DNA from: Ginglymostoma cirratum
Taxonomy: Eukaryota
NCBI GenBank assembly: GCA_024137785.1
Contig: JAHRHZ010000102.1
Location: 132,901 to 196,900, forward strand
Direction of reading: 5' to 3'
Length of the DNA stretch: 64,000 nucleotides
Shown here piece after piece: positions 49,264 through 61,012 of this stretch; position 1 is the stretch's first letter; each line of letters opens with the position of its first letter. Under the pieces are notes generated by a model. It had not been told where the DNA came from. It ran no database searches and saw nothing but the letters and a program-made list of their open reading frames with translations. The translations under genes and the position numbers were made by a program.

Positions 49264-50945
49264 GTAGGGTTTGCCCTGCCATTACCAATAACAGGCTTCT
49301 GCACTGATGTTGACAGAGCTTTCCTGTTTGCTCTTCTCGTCAGCCACCCTTGTTTTGAATGTATTCGGACATGTCTGTGGTTGTGTCGAAATGGAATACA
49401 ATTCCACTGAATTGCAGTGCTATTTTTCGTTCAGTTTCTCTCCTGCTTGGTTCTGAATATGTGCTGTTTGTACTGCACAGATGGTAATCATTTTTAAACG
49501 TACACTTGGAGTGTCCTGATACTTTCTGCAGAATAGTCGTTCTGCATTTGTTATCCGTGCAAAGGCATTCTGGTTCAATGCCAAGTGGAAGCCTGATTTT
49601 GCTGGTGTCATAGTGCACCACGGAATCCTGATTTACCCTCTCTTTCAAATGCACCTTAAGTTAGTCTCTGAGAACCTACTTCCGATACTGTCTGCCATGT
49701 CCCAAACTGAATGAATCAAATCTAGAAGTCCTCAGTCACGTTTTGCAGTCTAGAAACATGTTGGCATTTTTTAGCACTGGACACATTAGCGTCTCATAAA
49801 GTCAACGAGAATGAATGGATTTACGGACTCTGAAAAACCTCTTGACTCACGCTTTCGTTAAGCCCCTAATATTCAGGCATGCTCTGAAATCTAAGCCACG
49901 TTGGAATTGAAGCTGAGATCAAGACTGTCAGGCTACCAAATGACATTGTATCCATTTTGTCATGATATCACAGAGGAGTAATAAAATGCAAATAGCCAAG
50001 AATCAGAAAGTGAGGCACATGCGGCTCTGGTGAAGCAAATTCTATCTCATTTAGTCAGAAACAAGGTACGTTAAGGTGACCTAGAGCTTTTCACATCCAG
50101 AAGAAAGTACTAACACGTGATGTTAGCACCTCATTTAACAAATCTCATCGCAGCTTACGTTCTGTTAATACGTTTAGAAACTGCCTTTTGTGCATCTCTA
50201 AATAAGCACCGTGGAGATTAATAAAATGTCGTGAGTCGCATTCCTTCATTTCCCACAGAGGTTTCCAATGCAGCGGCAGCCATCAGACATTTGCTCGTGT
50301 CCAGGACGGGAAAGCTCCGCAAACAAAATTGCATGGTTAAGGATAATGACAAGGGAAATGGCAACTGATTCCTGCATCAGGGATCGAACAGCCACGCAAA
50401 CTGATCTGTTGTTCTCGGATTATAATCCGAACTCAGCTTTTGAGATGGAGGACTTTCTTTGAATCATTTATTCTACAAAACAGGCGTGATAACTGTAAGT
50501 ATGCTGCAAGGTATTATTTAGTACACGATGGCCTCCTCAGCTTTGTGCATTTTCCCTGTAGTCCGGTTCTTTTCATGTTACGTGTAAACGCATCAGTTCT
50601 TCTGTTTTGAACAATGACAGAAACCATTTTCCAAAGCGAAAATCTAAATTACAGAAATGTCGTGATGTTCATGCTGTCTTTACCGAAGCAAAACCGAAGA
50701 CAGTTTCTCAAAGATGCATTACATTTGTTGCTCTAACGATTCTCACGAGGTAGATTCAGTTTTGCATTGATGTTTGTTATGATTGCTGGGCTATCGGTAA
50801 CTGGTGGGAAATTTATATTGTTGCCGGGCATTGCCTGCAGCTACGAAAATGTGCGAGCGGGATAGGGATCCTCGAAGCCGTTCCCCATGCCTTCGCTGTC
50901 GTTCTGTCAGAGTCGCAACATCGGAAAATGTCATATCTGAGCAAG

Positions 50946-51015
50946 TGGTTCGTCGTGGTCGTCGGCGCTGGATTGAGGTTCCAGTCTCTGAGGTGGCGTG
51001 GGTTATGCCAAAGCA
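50946..51015 (+). pseudogene. tRNA-Leu remnant
   Basis: ggcgctggattgaggttccagtctctgaggtggcgtgggtt. Confidence 0.65.
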
Positions 51016-51848
51016 CGGTCGGGATGAGCTGCGTTTATGTTGAAAGCAACAAAATGTCTTTGCTGCTCGCAAACTGATCTCAGATGTGGGACATCTCAGA
51101 CCCTCCAGCGGGTCAGCGTGCAGACCGTGTGTTTACATGGTGCAGTGGCATGGAATGTCTCCAGTATGATATTGGGCACAAGCAGGCTGCACTGTTGCTT
51201 CATTTTCCAGGCAAGTTGCGTTGTTCACCCTTTTCACTGAAAGTGAATGAAGATCGCTATACCACTGCTGCTGTGAAATCAAATCCAGCATTAATTCTAA
51301 TCGCAGTTATTTGCTGTGGTGGTGAAAAGGAGGGTAATTGCGATGTGAAATTTTATTAAATTTCTCTCATTTCCTTCATTTCTGTCCTGAAGAAGGGAAC
51401 TGATGAGCCGCCTTCTCGATGGGCTGCACTCGTTGCCGTGCGGGCACACCCGCATTGTCGATCAGAAGGGAAACCCAGCCTCTTTGAGACTGTGGTTGCG
51501 AATCGCCACTTTTCATGGGTCATTCGAATCCTGTTCTTTTTTTTTCTTTATGAGCATTTTCCGGAAAGTGGCGTTGGACTAAACTCCCAGTATATTTGGA
51601 AGCGCAGTTTAACATTGACCTGCTGCCACTTGTGCAAGTGGTTCGTGACGCAAACAAGTCGAGGTGTCTCGCTGACAGCATTCATGCTTTGGTGTGTCTG
51701 AAACTGCGTTCGCATTTTCATTTTTGCTTCGTTTGCGCGTCAAGACCTGTCTGTTTTGGGCTTTGCTCGAATAATGAGAAGCTTACACGGTTATCTTCTT
51801 GCAGCCAAAAAACCACCCTGCTAGCGGGCATCGAAGTTAATGGTGAAG

Positions 51849-51922
51849 GAGCCCTTCATGAACTCAAACTACCAACCTTTTGGTTAACAGCTAAACTCGC
51901 TAACCAATTGCGCCACAGAGAC
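51849..51922 (-). tRNA. tRNA-Asn(GTT)-derived gene, probably a pseudogene
   Basis: Minus strand gtctctgtggcgcaattggttagcgagtttagctGTTaaccaaaaggttggtagtttgag; 3' arm mutated. Confidence 0.85.
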
Positions 51923-52641
51923 ACCTTCCAGGAGATCCTGCAAACAAACAATTAAACCGGGGTTCAGCAACTGTCGCGTCGTCCGGATTGACAGCGTGAA
52001 AAGAGACACTTCGGAAACCTCGTCCATGCCGGCCAGATATCCTAAATTAATTTAGCCCCATTTGCCAGCATTTGGTCCTTATCTCTCCAAACCCTTCCGA
52101 TTCATGCACGCATCTGGATGCCTTTGAAATGTTGTCATTTCACCAGCCTCCACAATTTTCCCCGTCAGTTCATTCCATACACGCAGCAGCTTCTGCATGA
52201 AAAATGCCCCTCAGCTCCCATTTCATTTTTCCGATCTCACCTGAAATATATTCCCTGTAGTTTTGGACTCGCCCACCGGTGAATAAAGACCTCGACCATT
52301 CACTCTTTTCATGTCCCTCATGACGTTGTAAACTTCTGTAAGTTCTCATCCTCCGACGTTGCAGGGAAATTTCGCCCTCCAGTCCAAGCCGCACTACACT
52401 GGCATGAACGTGATTGACAGAATGATACAGGCTGGAAACATGAAAGGCTCAGAGAACAATGCAGGAAAATACTGAAAATGTGTATAGCAGTAATCAATTC
52501 AATTTAGCACTCTGTAGTTCAGCAATTTCTTCAAAAACAGTCAGGAACCACTTGTCAAGATATTCATATAATACTGGTTCACAGCTGATTTGTCAACCGA
52601 TAAGGGATAGTCGGGATTATGGAACCTTTACAGCAAGTGTC

Positions 52642-52737
52642 ACTCCAGTAACAGAGTTAGTTAACGCACTGTGTTTATAGGAGAGGGTAGACGTGTGGGC
52701 AATACCGAGGAAGTGAGTTCATGCCTGTGCTGGTGCA
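52642..52737 (+). pseudogene. Intron-containing tRNA-Ile(TAT) pseudogene
   Basis: actccagt...gttaacgcactgtgttTATa, then ~21 nt, then aataccgaggaagtgagttcatgcct...tggtgca. Confidence 0.65.
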
Positions 52738-53479
52738 GTTTTAATTTGTCGTGGGATAAGACCCGAAGGAGCACCGACAATTTTGAACAATGTTTATGGG
52801 AAATTACCAGTTTCTGAGGTTTTGGAAATGACTCAACGATCAACAAACGTCTTGGAAACGTTCGAAATATCAAAAAATATTTGCGGAGAGAGAATAAATA
52901 CGATCTTTTTTTCAGATCACAAACGGTTCTCATGTGGCTATTTAAAATTGAGTTAAATTGCGGGAAAAAGCTGTTTAACCGGCTTCAATTCATTCATTTT
53001 GCTGTAAACTCCACAAGTCATTCAAACATTCAGAAAGGAATTAGAATTATCTCATTGAGACGTGCGAATATTATGTTCAACTATGGTCAGAATTTTTATC
53101 AGCTTAAAGTAAAGAGCTGCTGAGAGGAAGGGAGGGTTCAAACCGCAAAGAGACAGAGCATTGTTTGTGGATTTCTTGGGTGGATTTCAGACTGTATGAA
53201 ACGTACCTGACATCATCGGAATGTGGTCGAATCATTAAGGTACCATTTCAAAGCAGGGATTGCGTCTCAGAGCGACAGTTTCCTTCCAACTCGAGAGGGT
53301 CTAACTTTACCTTTTAAATGAAAAAAAATGTTCAGTTGCATTTATAGTTCTGAACGGAGAATGAGGTACCGATCTTATTCACCTGTATGTGTACAATAAA
53401 TTTCTTTAGACGTAAAGTCAAAGAAATTCGTAACTATTCCCCACCCGCTCACAGACTTTGTTTCACTGTTCAGGTGCCT

Positions 53480-53945
53480 CCTTCGGGACCTAGGGGTGCA
53501 AGTTCAAAAAAAGCATTGAAGTCTACATCAAATATAGACAGAGAAGTTAAATAGACTTTTGGCACGCCTGCCTTCATTGCTCAACCGTTTCAGTTTAGGA
53601 GTTGGGAAGTAATGTTGAGGTTGAACAGGATGTTGGTGAGGCCTCTTCTATAATACAGTGTGCAGTTTCTGTCGCACAATTACAGGAGGCATATTCTTAA
53701 GCTGGCGATCGTTAAGAAGAAGTTACCAGGAAGTTGCCTGGTATGAAAAGTTTGATTTGTAAAGAAAGGTTGGATCGACTTGGACTTTTTTTTGCTGGTG
53801 CTTCGGAGGTTGAGAGGTGACCTGTTAGAAGTTCATAAAATAATGTGACGTGCAGATATTAGTTGACTTTTCCCTCAGATGGGAGATTTCAAGAGTAGGG
53901 GACATTTTAAAGTTGCGTCGAGATAACTAAAACAAATAGGAGAGG
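53480..53945 (+). mobile_element. CR1 RT C-terminal fragment
   Basis: ggacctaggggtgcaagttc (DLGVQV), ttggtgaggcctcttcta (LVRPLL), gagaggtgacctg (RGDL). Confidence 0.8.
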
Positions 53946-54212
53946 CAGAACTTTGCAAAGGCTGTGAATAAAACGATGGCAAGTCCTAGCAGAGAAACGG
54001 GTGGCAGAGAAATGGGTGACAGTGGAGCAAGCATACAAGAACAAATATTTTTCGTTTTCCAGTGAAATTCGCCGCTTCACAAAGTAGAGAACATTGAAAT
54101 GTAGCAGTGACCGTGATGATTTTGCTGGATATTCACATTGCGAATGTTTTTTTCCGCCGGAATCCCTGATTACATCACAAGTCGACAGAATGAAAGCTGC
54201 AGCAAGACGTGT

Positions 54213-54286
54213 GGAGCCAGTGGTGTAATTGATATGACGAATGACTTTCGTGTGGAAGATTGAAATGTTGTATCTTCACTCGCTCA
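54213..54286 (+). pseudogene. Decayed tRNA-Arg copy
   Basis: gagccagtggtgtaattgata...tgact...gaagatt; upstream flank is paralogous to that of 45975. Confidence 0.55.
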
Positions 54287-54639
54287 AGTGAAGTTGACAG
54301 CTTTTCTACCCTTGCAAATTGACAGATGCTTCCGAAGAAGAATTTATGCCCAGCGCTGTTTTTGTCAGATTCCAAGAAGCTGAAGTGAGTGGATCGCGGG
54401 GTTGGGAAATAGAAAATTGAAACTAAAAGGTTAATGATTAACATGACTGTGGGGCTACTTCAGCTCACTATTTCATATCCCAGCTAATGGCAAATGTACC
54501 CATTGTCAGAAGAAACTGCTTGTGTTCCACATAAAGCTGCGTTTTGTCGGGGAATCTTGTGTACGGCGGGAGAAGCGGGGAGAACAGTGTATGTATAATA
54601 TCACAAAGACTGGCACTGACACAATAAACGGCGAAGTTG

Positions 54640-55412
54640 AGATTGTGAAGCTCCTCTCCCAGCTGGCTTGTTTTCGTTGAGATGTTTGGTCACCATGCTA
54701 GGCAACATCACGAGTGAGACTTCCGATCAAGTGATGCTGTTCTACTCCACTTGGAATTAGTATTGTCCAGTCTGTTGCGGTGATTTCTGTCATTTCCGGT
54801 TCTGTTCTGTATGGGTTGGATGTGGGGTCCAATTCTATATGTTTGTTGATCGCATTATGGATTGAGAACCATGTCTCTAGGAATTCCCATGTCTGTCTAT
54901 GATTGGCTTGAGCTACGACAGTTATGTTGTCCCAGTTAAACTGATGGCCTACATTTTCCGAGTGTACTGATATTCGGGGAAGTCTGTCGTGTCAGTTTGC
55001 TGCTAGCTGATGTTCATGTATTCTGATGGCTAGTTTCCTTCCTGTCTGTCTGATATAGTGTTTGTGGCAGTCAATGCAAGGTATCATGTAAACTATGTCG
55101 CTTCTGCATTTTGTGGGTATGGGGTCTTTCATCCTTGTGAGTGCTTGTCGTGGCGTGGCTTTGGGTTGTGTGCTACCGTTATTCCTTGTGTTCATAGGAG
55201 TTGTCAGTTCTTATATGTTGTTGACGTATGGCAGTGTAGCCAGTGTGTTCGGGCATAATGTGTCCTTTTTGTGTTGCTATTTCGTAGGCACCTGCGAATG
55301 AAATTGCAGGGATATCCGTTCAAAACGAAGATTTTGTATTGGTGTTCTTCCTCTTTCTGTATAGTTCTGGGTCGTTGCAATGAGTGTGGCCCATTTAAAT
55401 AGTGTCGGAGCA
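54640..55412 (-). mobile_element. Penelope-like retroelement 3' part: RT thumb/linker plus GIY-YIG endonuclease, frameshifted
   Basis: Peptides EEEHQYKIFVLNGYPCNFIRRCL and DPIPTKCRSDIVYMIPCIDCHKHYIRQTGRKLAIRIHEH; downstream REFLE-W remnant and a degenerate hammerhead at ~54678-54716. Confidence 0.9.
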
Positions 55413-56068
55413 CAGCTTAGTTTTTGGACCACTGACCTGAGTTAGTTGCCAAATTAAAAGTTTCCGAACCCCTCGAAGCACTGAACCGAGTTGTGATGTG
55501 CAAAGGACAACACACAAAGGAGAGTCCTTGTGTGATTGATCCAATGTGATCTGTACACCAGGGTAAACAGTGAAGACTGGTCTTCAGCACTCACATTGAG
55601 CCTGGCTCCACTCGGCCTACAGTCAACTCTCACAAACTACTATTGCCCTTCACTTTACCTGACCACCGATCTATTCTTGTTTTATACGGATTGCACTTCA
55701 GGCAGTTGCAGCTGGCATTACTGATGTGGAAATGTAACACGGCTGGATCAATTTTGCCTGGTCCATGACATCATTCTGCTTCCAAAGATCATTCAATATT
55801 TTATATTTATTACTGTACGTGATAACCAATAACAGGCTATGGCAGTGTCGGCACAGAATCATAATGACTCGACTGCTAGGAAAGATCTGTTTATGTCAAT
55901 CAGGACACTGTCTGATTCAGCCTTGCATTATCCCGTCCTTCTGCACGTGATGCCCCTCTACTCTGTTTCGGTTTTGTTTCGTCTTGGTTTCTAATACTCA
56001 AGGTTTCCAATTGTCTATTAATTTGTCGTTTCCAATACACGACACCCTCTTTCCATATCTCCATGATT

Positions 56069-56142
56069 GAGTCCATAGCTCAGTGATTAAGAGTGCTGGC
56101 CTTGTTAACCAACAGTCACGAGTTTGAATCTCACTAGAGCCT
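56069..56142 (+). tRNA. tRNA-Thr(TGT)-derived gene, probably a pseudogene
   Basis: gagtccatagctcagtgattaagagtgctggcctTGTtaaccaacagtcacgagtttgaatctcactagagcct. Confidence 0.8.
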
Positions 56143-56863
56143 CTGGCAACTTTGGTACACCAGCTGCTTCCAAGATCGAAACAAGCCCTTTAAATATTAG
56201 TTGAAATTATAACAATATCATTTCGTCCACAGCCCAGAAATGTGTTCGAAATTCTACCTTCCCGTTTGTCCTTCCACGGACTTGAGGAAGACCATTCGGA
56301 AAGACAGAAAGCAGCGATGTGAGCAATGTTTGGCTGGAAGAGCGAGGCGAAGCAGGAAAACTGCAGAGTGACAGGTAAACAACGGCAGAGGAACACAAAC
56401 CAGGGGCAGCCGCCGAATGCTCCCTTTTGTTGCTGTAAACAGATTCTAGTTTTGAAGTCTGAAATGAGACATCAGATCCAAATGAGTGAAATTTTGCTTT
56501 CTTGGGCTTGCACTCTCCTAAAGCCTCTGGCACTCTCGTGGAAAGTGTCCTTGTTTGTTTCCTTCTGTGGGTGAAAATGGGGTTCACTTTCCCAAGTAGG
56601 CATGAACATAGTTTTCCCATTTCAAACTTATGTCCCATTGGTAGTGATGTGAGATTAAAATGTTACAGAGAAAATAACATTGAAATGAACACTTGAAAAT
56701 GAGAGCACATAAAGCTAAAAGGCCAAGTTCTGGAAACTGGGACTATCGGCCTCTTTCCATGCTGTAGAAACTCAATGATGCGATCATTTTTCAGAAGCAA
56801 CTAATTACCAATAAAATAAAAGCCAGAAGCTGTGTTATTCAGAAATGACGCAAGTCTGCTTGT

Positions 56864-56935
56864 TTGGAGGTTGTCTAGTGGGTAGGGTACAGGACGTTCA
56901 CCACTGTTGCCTGGGCTCGAGCCCTGCTTCGGGAA
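56864..56935 (+). pseudogene. tRNA-Glu(TTC) pseudogene
   Basis: ggttgtctagtgggtagg...TTCaccac...gggctcgagccc...gggaa; same flanks as the 24886 copy. Confidence 0.7.
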
Positions 56936-57404
56936 TGAAGATTTCCTATCCTCACAACGTCACAGCAAAGGCCGGGAAGTGTCTGGCGAGACTCTTTTCA
57001 ATGTCTCGGATCAATGAATGTCCTGGCCCCTTAAAGGAGGGAAGGTCGTTTGACTGTTTTTGCTCAGTCGGACAGTTCACCATTTATGCGCCTCTGATTC
57101 TCAGTTCTAAAGATTCACAAAGTTGAGATTAGTGGATTTCTAAATTCTGTTTCGTTTCCATTCCAGGGAACTGCAGTGATTGGATAGTTTGGGAAATTGA
57201 AAGGTGCGAAAAAACAATGTTTTGTACTACTTCAGCTTCCCCTCCTCTGATGACGCTGGGACACTGACTCCAACGTTCTCAGTGATATTTAATGATGTGA
57301 GGCAGTGAAAGTATTCCAGGTCCTGCAGATCAGATACAAACCTGACCAGGGCATGAGAACTGTTAGAAAGATGAGGTTGGTAATTTAAAGAAGATGCAAA
57401 TTGC

Positions 57405-57479
57405 GCTTCATCCAGTTAAGAATGAACCTCCAGTCAGCTGATTCAAACCCAGGCGCGTGATCTGTTGCACGGCTGGCTC
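57405..57479 (-). pseudogene. Very decayed tRNA-Arg copy
   Basis: Positional paralog of 25450-25522 within the duplicated module. Confidence 0.45.
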
Positions 57480-59154
57480 TCTACATATCTACTGTTAACA
57501 TGCTACAGAGTTGTGGTATTAACAGGGACATGAGTAGCAATGGTAACATTGAGCAACCAGCATTGAACAATATTGAACATACAGCAAAGATAATCACCGT
57601 CACTGCTTCAATTCAATGGTCCCTACTTTGTGAAGCGGCGAATTTCACTGTCAAAGGAAACACATTTGTCCTCAGGTGCCTACTTCGGTGCCGCCTGTTT
57701 CTCTGCTGGAACTTCCCATCGTTTTACTCACAGCCAGTCCAGTATTTTATGCTCCAATCCAGTGAAATGTGTTCTCATGCTTTGTGTGATGGTCTGTTCA
57801 AGTCATGACCCAGAACAAATTCGGTGAGAAGTTTCTGGTAATTTATAACCTGGCCCCTGAAATCAGACGAGTTGAACAATAACGTTAATGATGCTGGCTT
57901 TTCACTGCAGCTCAGTGCCTCCAAACAGGACCCAGTTGGCATCAGCTTGTTCTCTACCTTCCTGCAGTACGTCTGCTGAACAACACCAGATTATCACATC
58001 TCCACTTTCTTTACATTGAAACTTGGGTGACAATATGAATCATTTCAAAGCTTAGGGAGAGAAACATTTCTTGTGAAGGTGGTTCTGATGTGAAGAAATG
58101 ACACAAAAACTTGTTCAATCAGGTCGCAAGGGTTACTGTCAGTATATCTGGTATTCCAGTCAGGATTCAGAGCTTGCGTCAACAAGACTTGGGCACAATT
58201 CAAAGTCCGGAAATGAAAATTATTTTCTCACGTCTGAATTATCTGAAAGAAAAAAGAATTCCTGATTACAAAGAGAACACTCACTCTGAATCTGCCAGAA
58301 TCAGCCAAGTGAGAGTTTCTTTCAGTCTGAAAGGACAATGACGACACATACGCAGTAAAACTGTCACTCCAAGCAACTCACCAATCTGAGTTGGAAATAC
58401 ACCACTGTTCCTTCAGTGTACCTGGGTGTAAATCTTGGAATTTCTTCCCTAATGGCAAAGTGGCTGTACTTACATGCCAAGAAGTTCAAGAAAGTGGCTC
58501 ATCACCTCTACCTATGCATTAATGAGGGATGGACAATCAAATTTCGGATTAAGATTGTGATTTCACACAAATAGTAATTATCCTTTGCCAGTTTTACTTC
58601 TCCAGAATAAAGTCTGGGTCATTCATTGTGGAGACACGGAAACAGTCTTATCCCACCCACTGCAGAGACATCCGCGTCACAAGAAGCCAGCTCTCCTCAA
58701 CCCAGGGCCACCTCCTTTCGAGCCTTTCCACTTCTTGTCTGTTCCCTAATATCTGATCGTGCCAGAGCCGAGACTCTACTTGTATTCCTGATCTTTACAT
58801 TGAATTCTGATTATTTCAATGTCTCAGATCAGGTAATGACACTGAGAACATCAGAGTCAATTTCCCCACGCCTTAAAGAAGGGAAAGGGGCCTTGACTTA
58901 TTCTGCTCAATCAGAAAGTTCACCCTTTACTTTTCCTTGAGTCTGAATCACAAAGTCTGACGAAAGATTTATGAAGCAGGAGACTGGGTTAACTCTTTTG
59001 TTTCATTTCCACGTTTGCACCAACCAAATGACAACTTTGGAGCTGTTCATATTGTTGGTGGTGGGTAGTGATGGGGTTTGGTAGTTTGATTAAACTGATA
59101 GCGAGAAATTCTTTCCATTGACCAGAGTCAGTAAACGGAGTACTTTCATTTAAG

Positions 59155-59375
59155 ATAACAAGGTGTGGAGCTAGATGAACACAGCAGGCCAAGCAGCATC
59201 ATAGGATCAGGAAAGCCTGCGGTTTCGGGCCTAGACCCTTCACCTGAAAAAAGGGTCTCTGCCCGAAACGTCAAGCTTTCCTGCTCCTATGATGTTGCTT
59301 GGCCTGCTGTGTTCATCCAACTCTACACCTTGTTCTATCGTATTCTCCAGCATCTGCAGTTCCTATTGTCTCTGA
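59155..59375. mobile_element. Palindromic Penelope pLTR insertion with a 14 bp TSD and hammerhead-like motif
   Basis: Inverted arms 59155-59240 and 59246-59338; TSD tactttcatttaag at 59141-59154 and 59376-59389; ctgaaaaaagggtctctgcccGAAAcgtc. Confidence 0.85.
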
Positions 59376-59721
59376 TACTTTCATTTAAGGCTAAAAAAAG
59401 AGACGGAGTTGCATTTTTATCGTGCTTATAATCACCAATGAGTACGCCAGTTTACCATGAGCAGACATCATTTGAAACTTGATTCATTATCCTCCGAATG
59501 TGATATAAAGTCATAAGTCACACAACACCAGATTACAGACCAACAGGTTTATCTGAAACCAGGAGCTTTCAGAGTATGGTTCCTTCCACAGGTGAAGTGG
59601 ATGCATGTAATATATTCTCAGCAAAGACCCTTTCCGGTCATAATCTGAAATTGAGTTCATAAAGAGCTGCCTCCATGTTCTCCCAAACATTTACAACAAA
59701 AACCTATGTCAAAAACAACAA

Positions 59722-59806
59722 AGCCTCGTACAGGATTCAAACCGGCAACTTCTCGCACTCACGACATCGAGCTGAAGTGACAATCAGACCACGAGACCAA
59801 CGACCC
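59722..59806 (-). pseudogene. tRNA-Pro-derived copy with a 13 nt insertion at position 37/38 (59758-59770)
   Basis: Minus strand gggtcgttggtctcgtggtctgattgtcactt CAG c [tcgatgtcgtgag] tgcgagaagttgccggtttgaatcctgtacgaggct. Confidence 0.8.
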
Positions 59807-60719
59807 AGACTGATGAAGTCCCACTTAACAATAAATCAGACGCCACTCAGGTAGTGATAGTGTCCCAACCTGAGATGTAGGAGACCAGAGTTCAAGTTCT
59901 AGCTGCTCCAGAGTTGTGTAATAACATATCTGAACATGTTGATTGGACAAAAATAATATTCCCCGTTGCTTCAGGCAGTGAAAGCAGCAAAGATCATCTT
60001 CTCGTTTTGAACCCTGGGACGGTGCTATTTGACCCTTCCGCTGGGACAGGGTTCTCTCCATTGGCAGATGCACTAAATCATTTCCCTCCACGGGCAGGCA
60101 GTGCTGGGAGATGGTATATACTCTACAGCACCCTCTCAAGCGCTGGAAGAGAGATGGAACAGAACGGTGGAATCAGGCTTGTGCAGCAAGTAATAAATGG
60201 CAGTTTGGAACTTCCGTTGAATGACATTTATCAGAGACAGAGAGAAGCTTGGAGAGCTGCTGAGAAACAGAGAACACGAAAATGGAGATGAGTCACTTCA
60301 GCAACTTACAATGGGATTTTTCTGTGCATGCTGTTTGGTGTTCAGATTTCGTCTGCACACAACAACCCTGCAAGTAACACTTTGGCAAGGCGGAAGTCTG
60401 TTCCTTTGCTGCATCCAGAGCAGGAGTTAAAATCTGTCACCAACAGTCTCAGATTAACAGAATCTGAATGAAACACTGACTCACTAATTATCATCCCCAA
60501 CGGCCCTGAGTTGCGGGGCTGCAAACAGTACAACGCGGAAGGGAGGTTTAAAAATGAGCCTTTGTTTCTCCCTCACCCGATCCGTCTCAAAGGCTGGGAG
60601 TGTGACGTCACCAGCGCAAGGCCATTCAGCCCATCGAGCCAGGGCGACCCTAAATCTCTTGTAATTTCCCTGAAGTAACGGTGATATATGTCCCCAATAG
60701 TGGTGTACGCACCGTAATG

Positions 60720-61012
60720 CTCATAGAATCCCTACAATGTGAAAACAGACCCTGCATTCCAACAATTTTAGATCACACCACAAAGCATCTCACCCATTCC
60801 CATTCCTCCCATAATCCACACATCGCCGAACACTGCGGGCAATTTAGCCTGGCCAAGCCATTGAACCTGCATATCTTTGGACTGTGGGAGGAAACCAGAG
60901 AACCCACAATAAGCAGGGAGAATATGCAAACTTCACATAGACAATCTCCCAAAGGCCCAATTGAAGCCAGGTCTGTGGCGCTGTGAGGCAACAGTGCAAA
61001 ACACCGAACCAT
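60720..61012 (-). mobile_element. HE1-like V-SINE
   Basis: Minus strand: tRNA head gcactgttgcctcacagcgcc, V-domain ggtttcctcccacagtccaaagatatgcaggtt, CR1-like tail tgtagggattctatga. Confidence 0.85.

Larger units (their letters stand above)
47260..52390 (+). repeat. Direct duplication of a tRNA-bearing module (47260-49000 vs 49510-52390)
   Basis: Long near-identical stretches, e.g. 47820-48340 vs 51220-51750 and 48540-48960 vs 51940-52370. Confidence 0.9.

Noticed and set aside
58144-58213. Possible further decayed tRNA-Glu (also ~29945-30016 minus)
   Set aside because: Too divergent to call by eye
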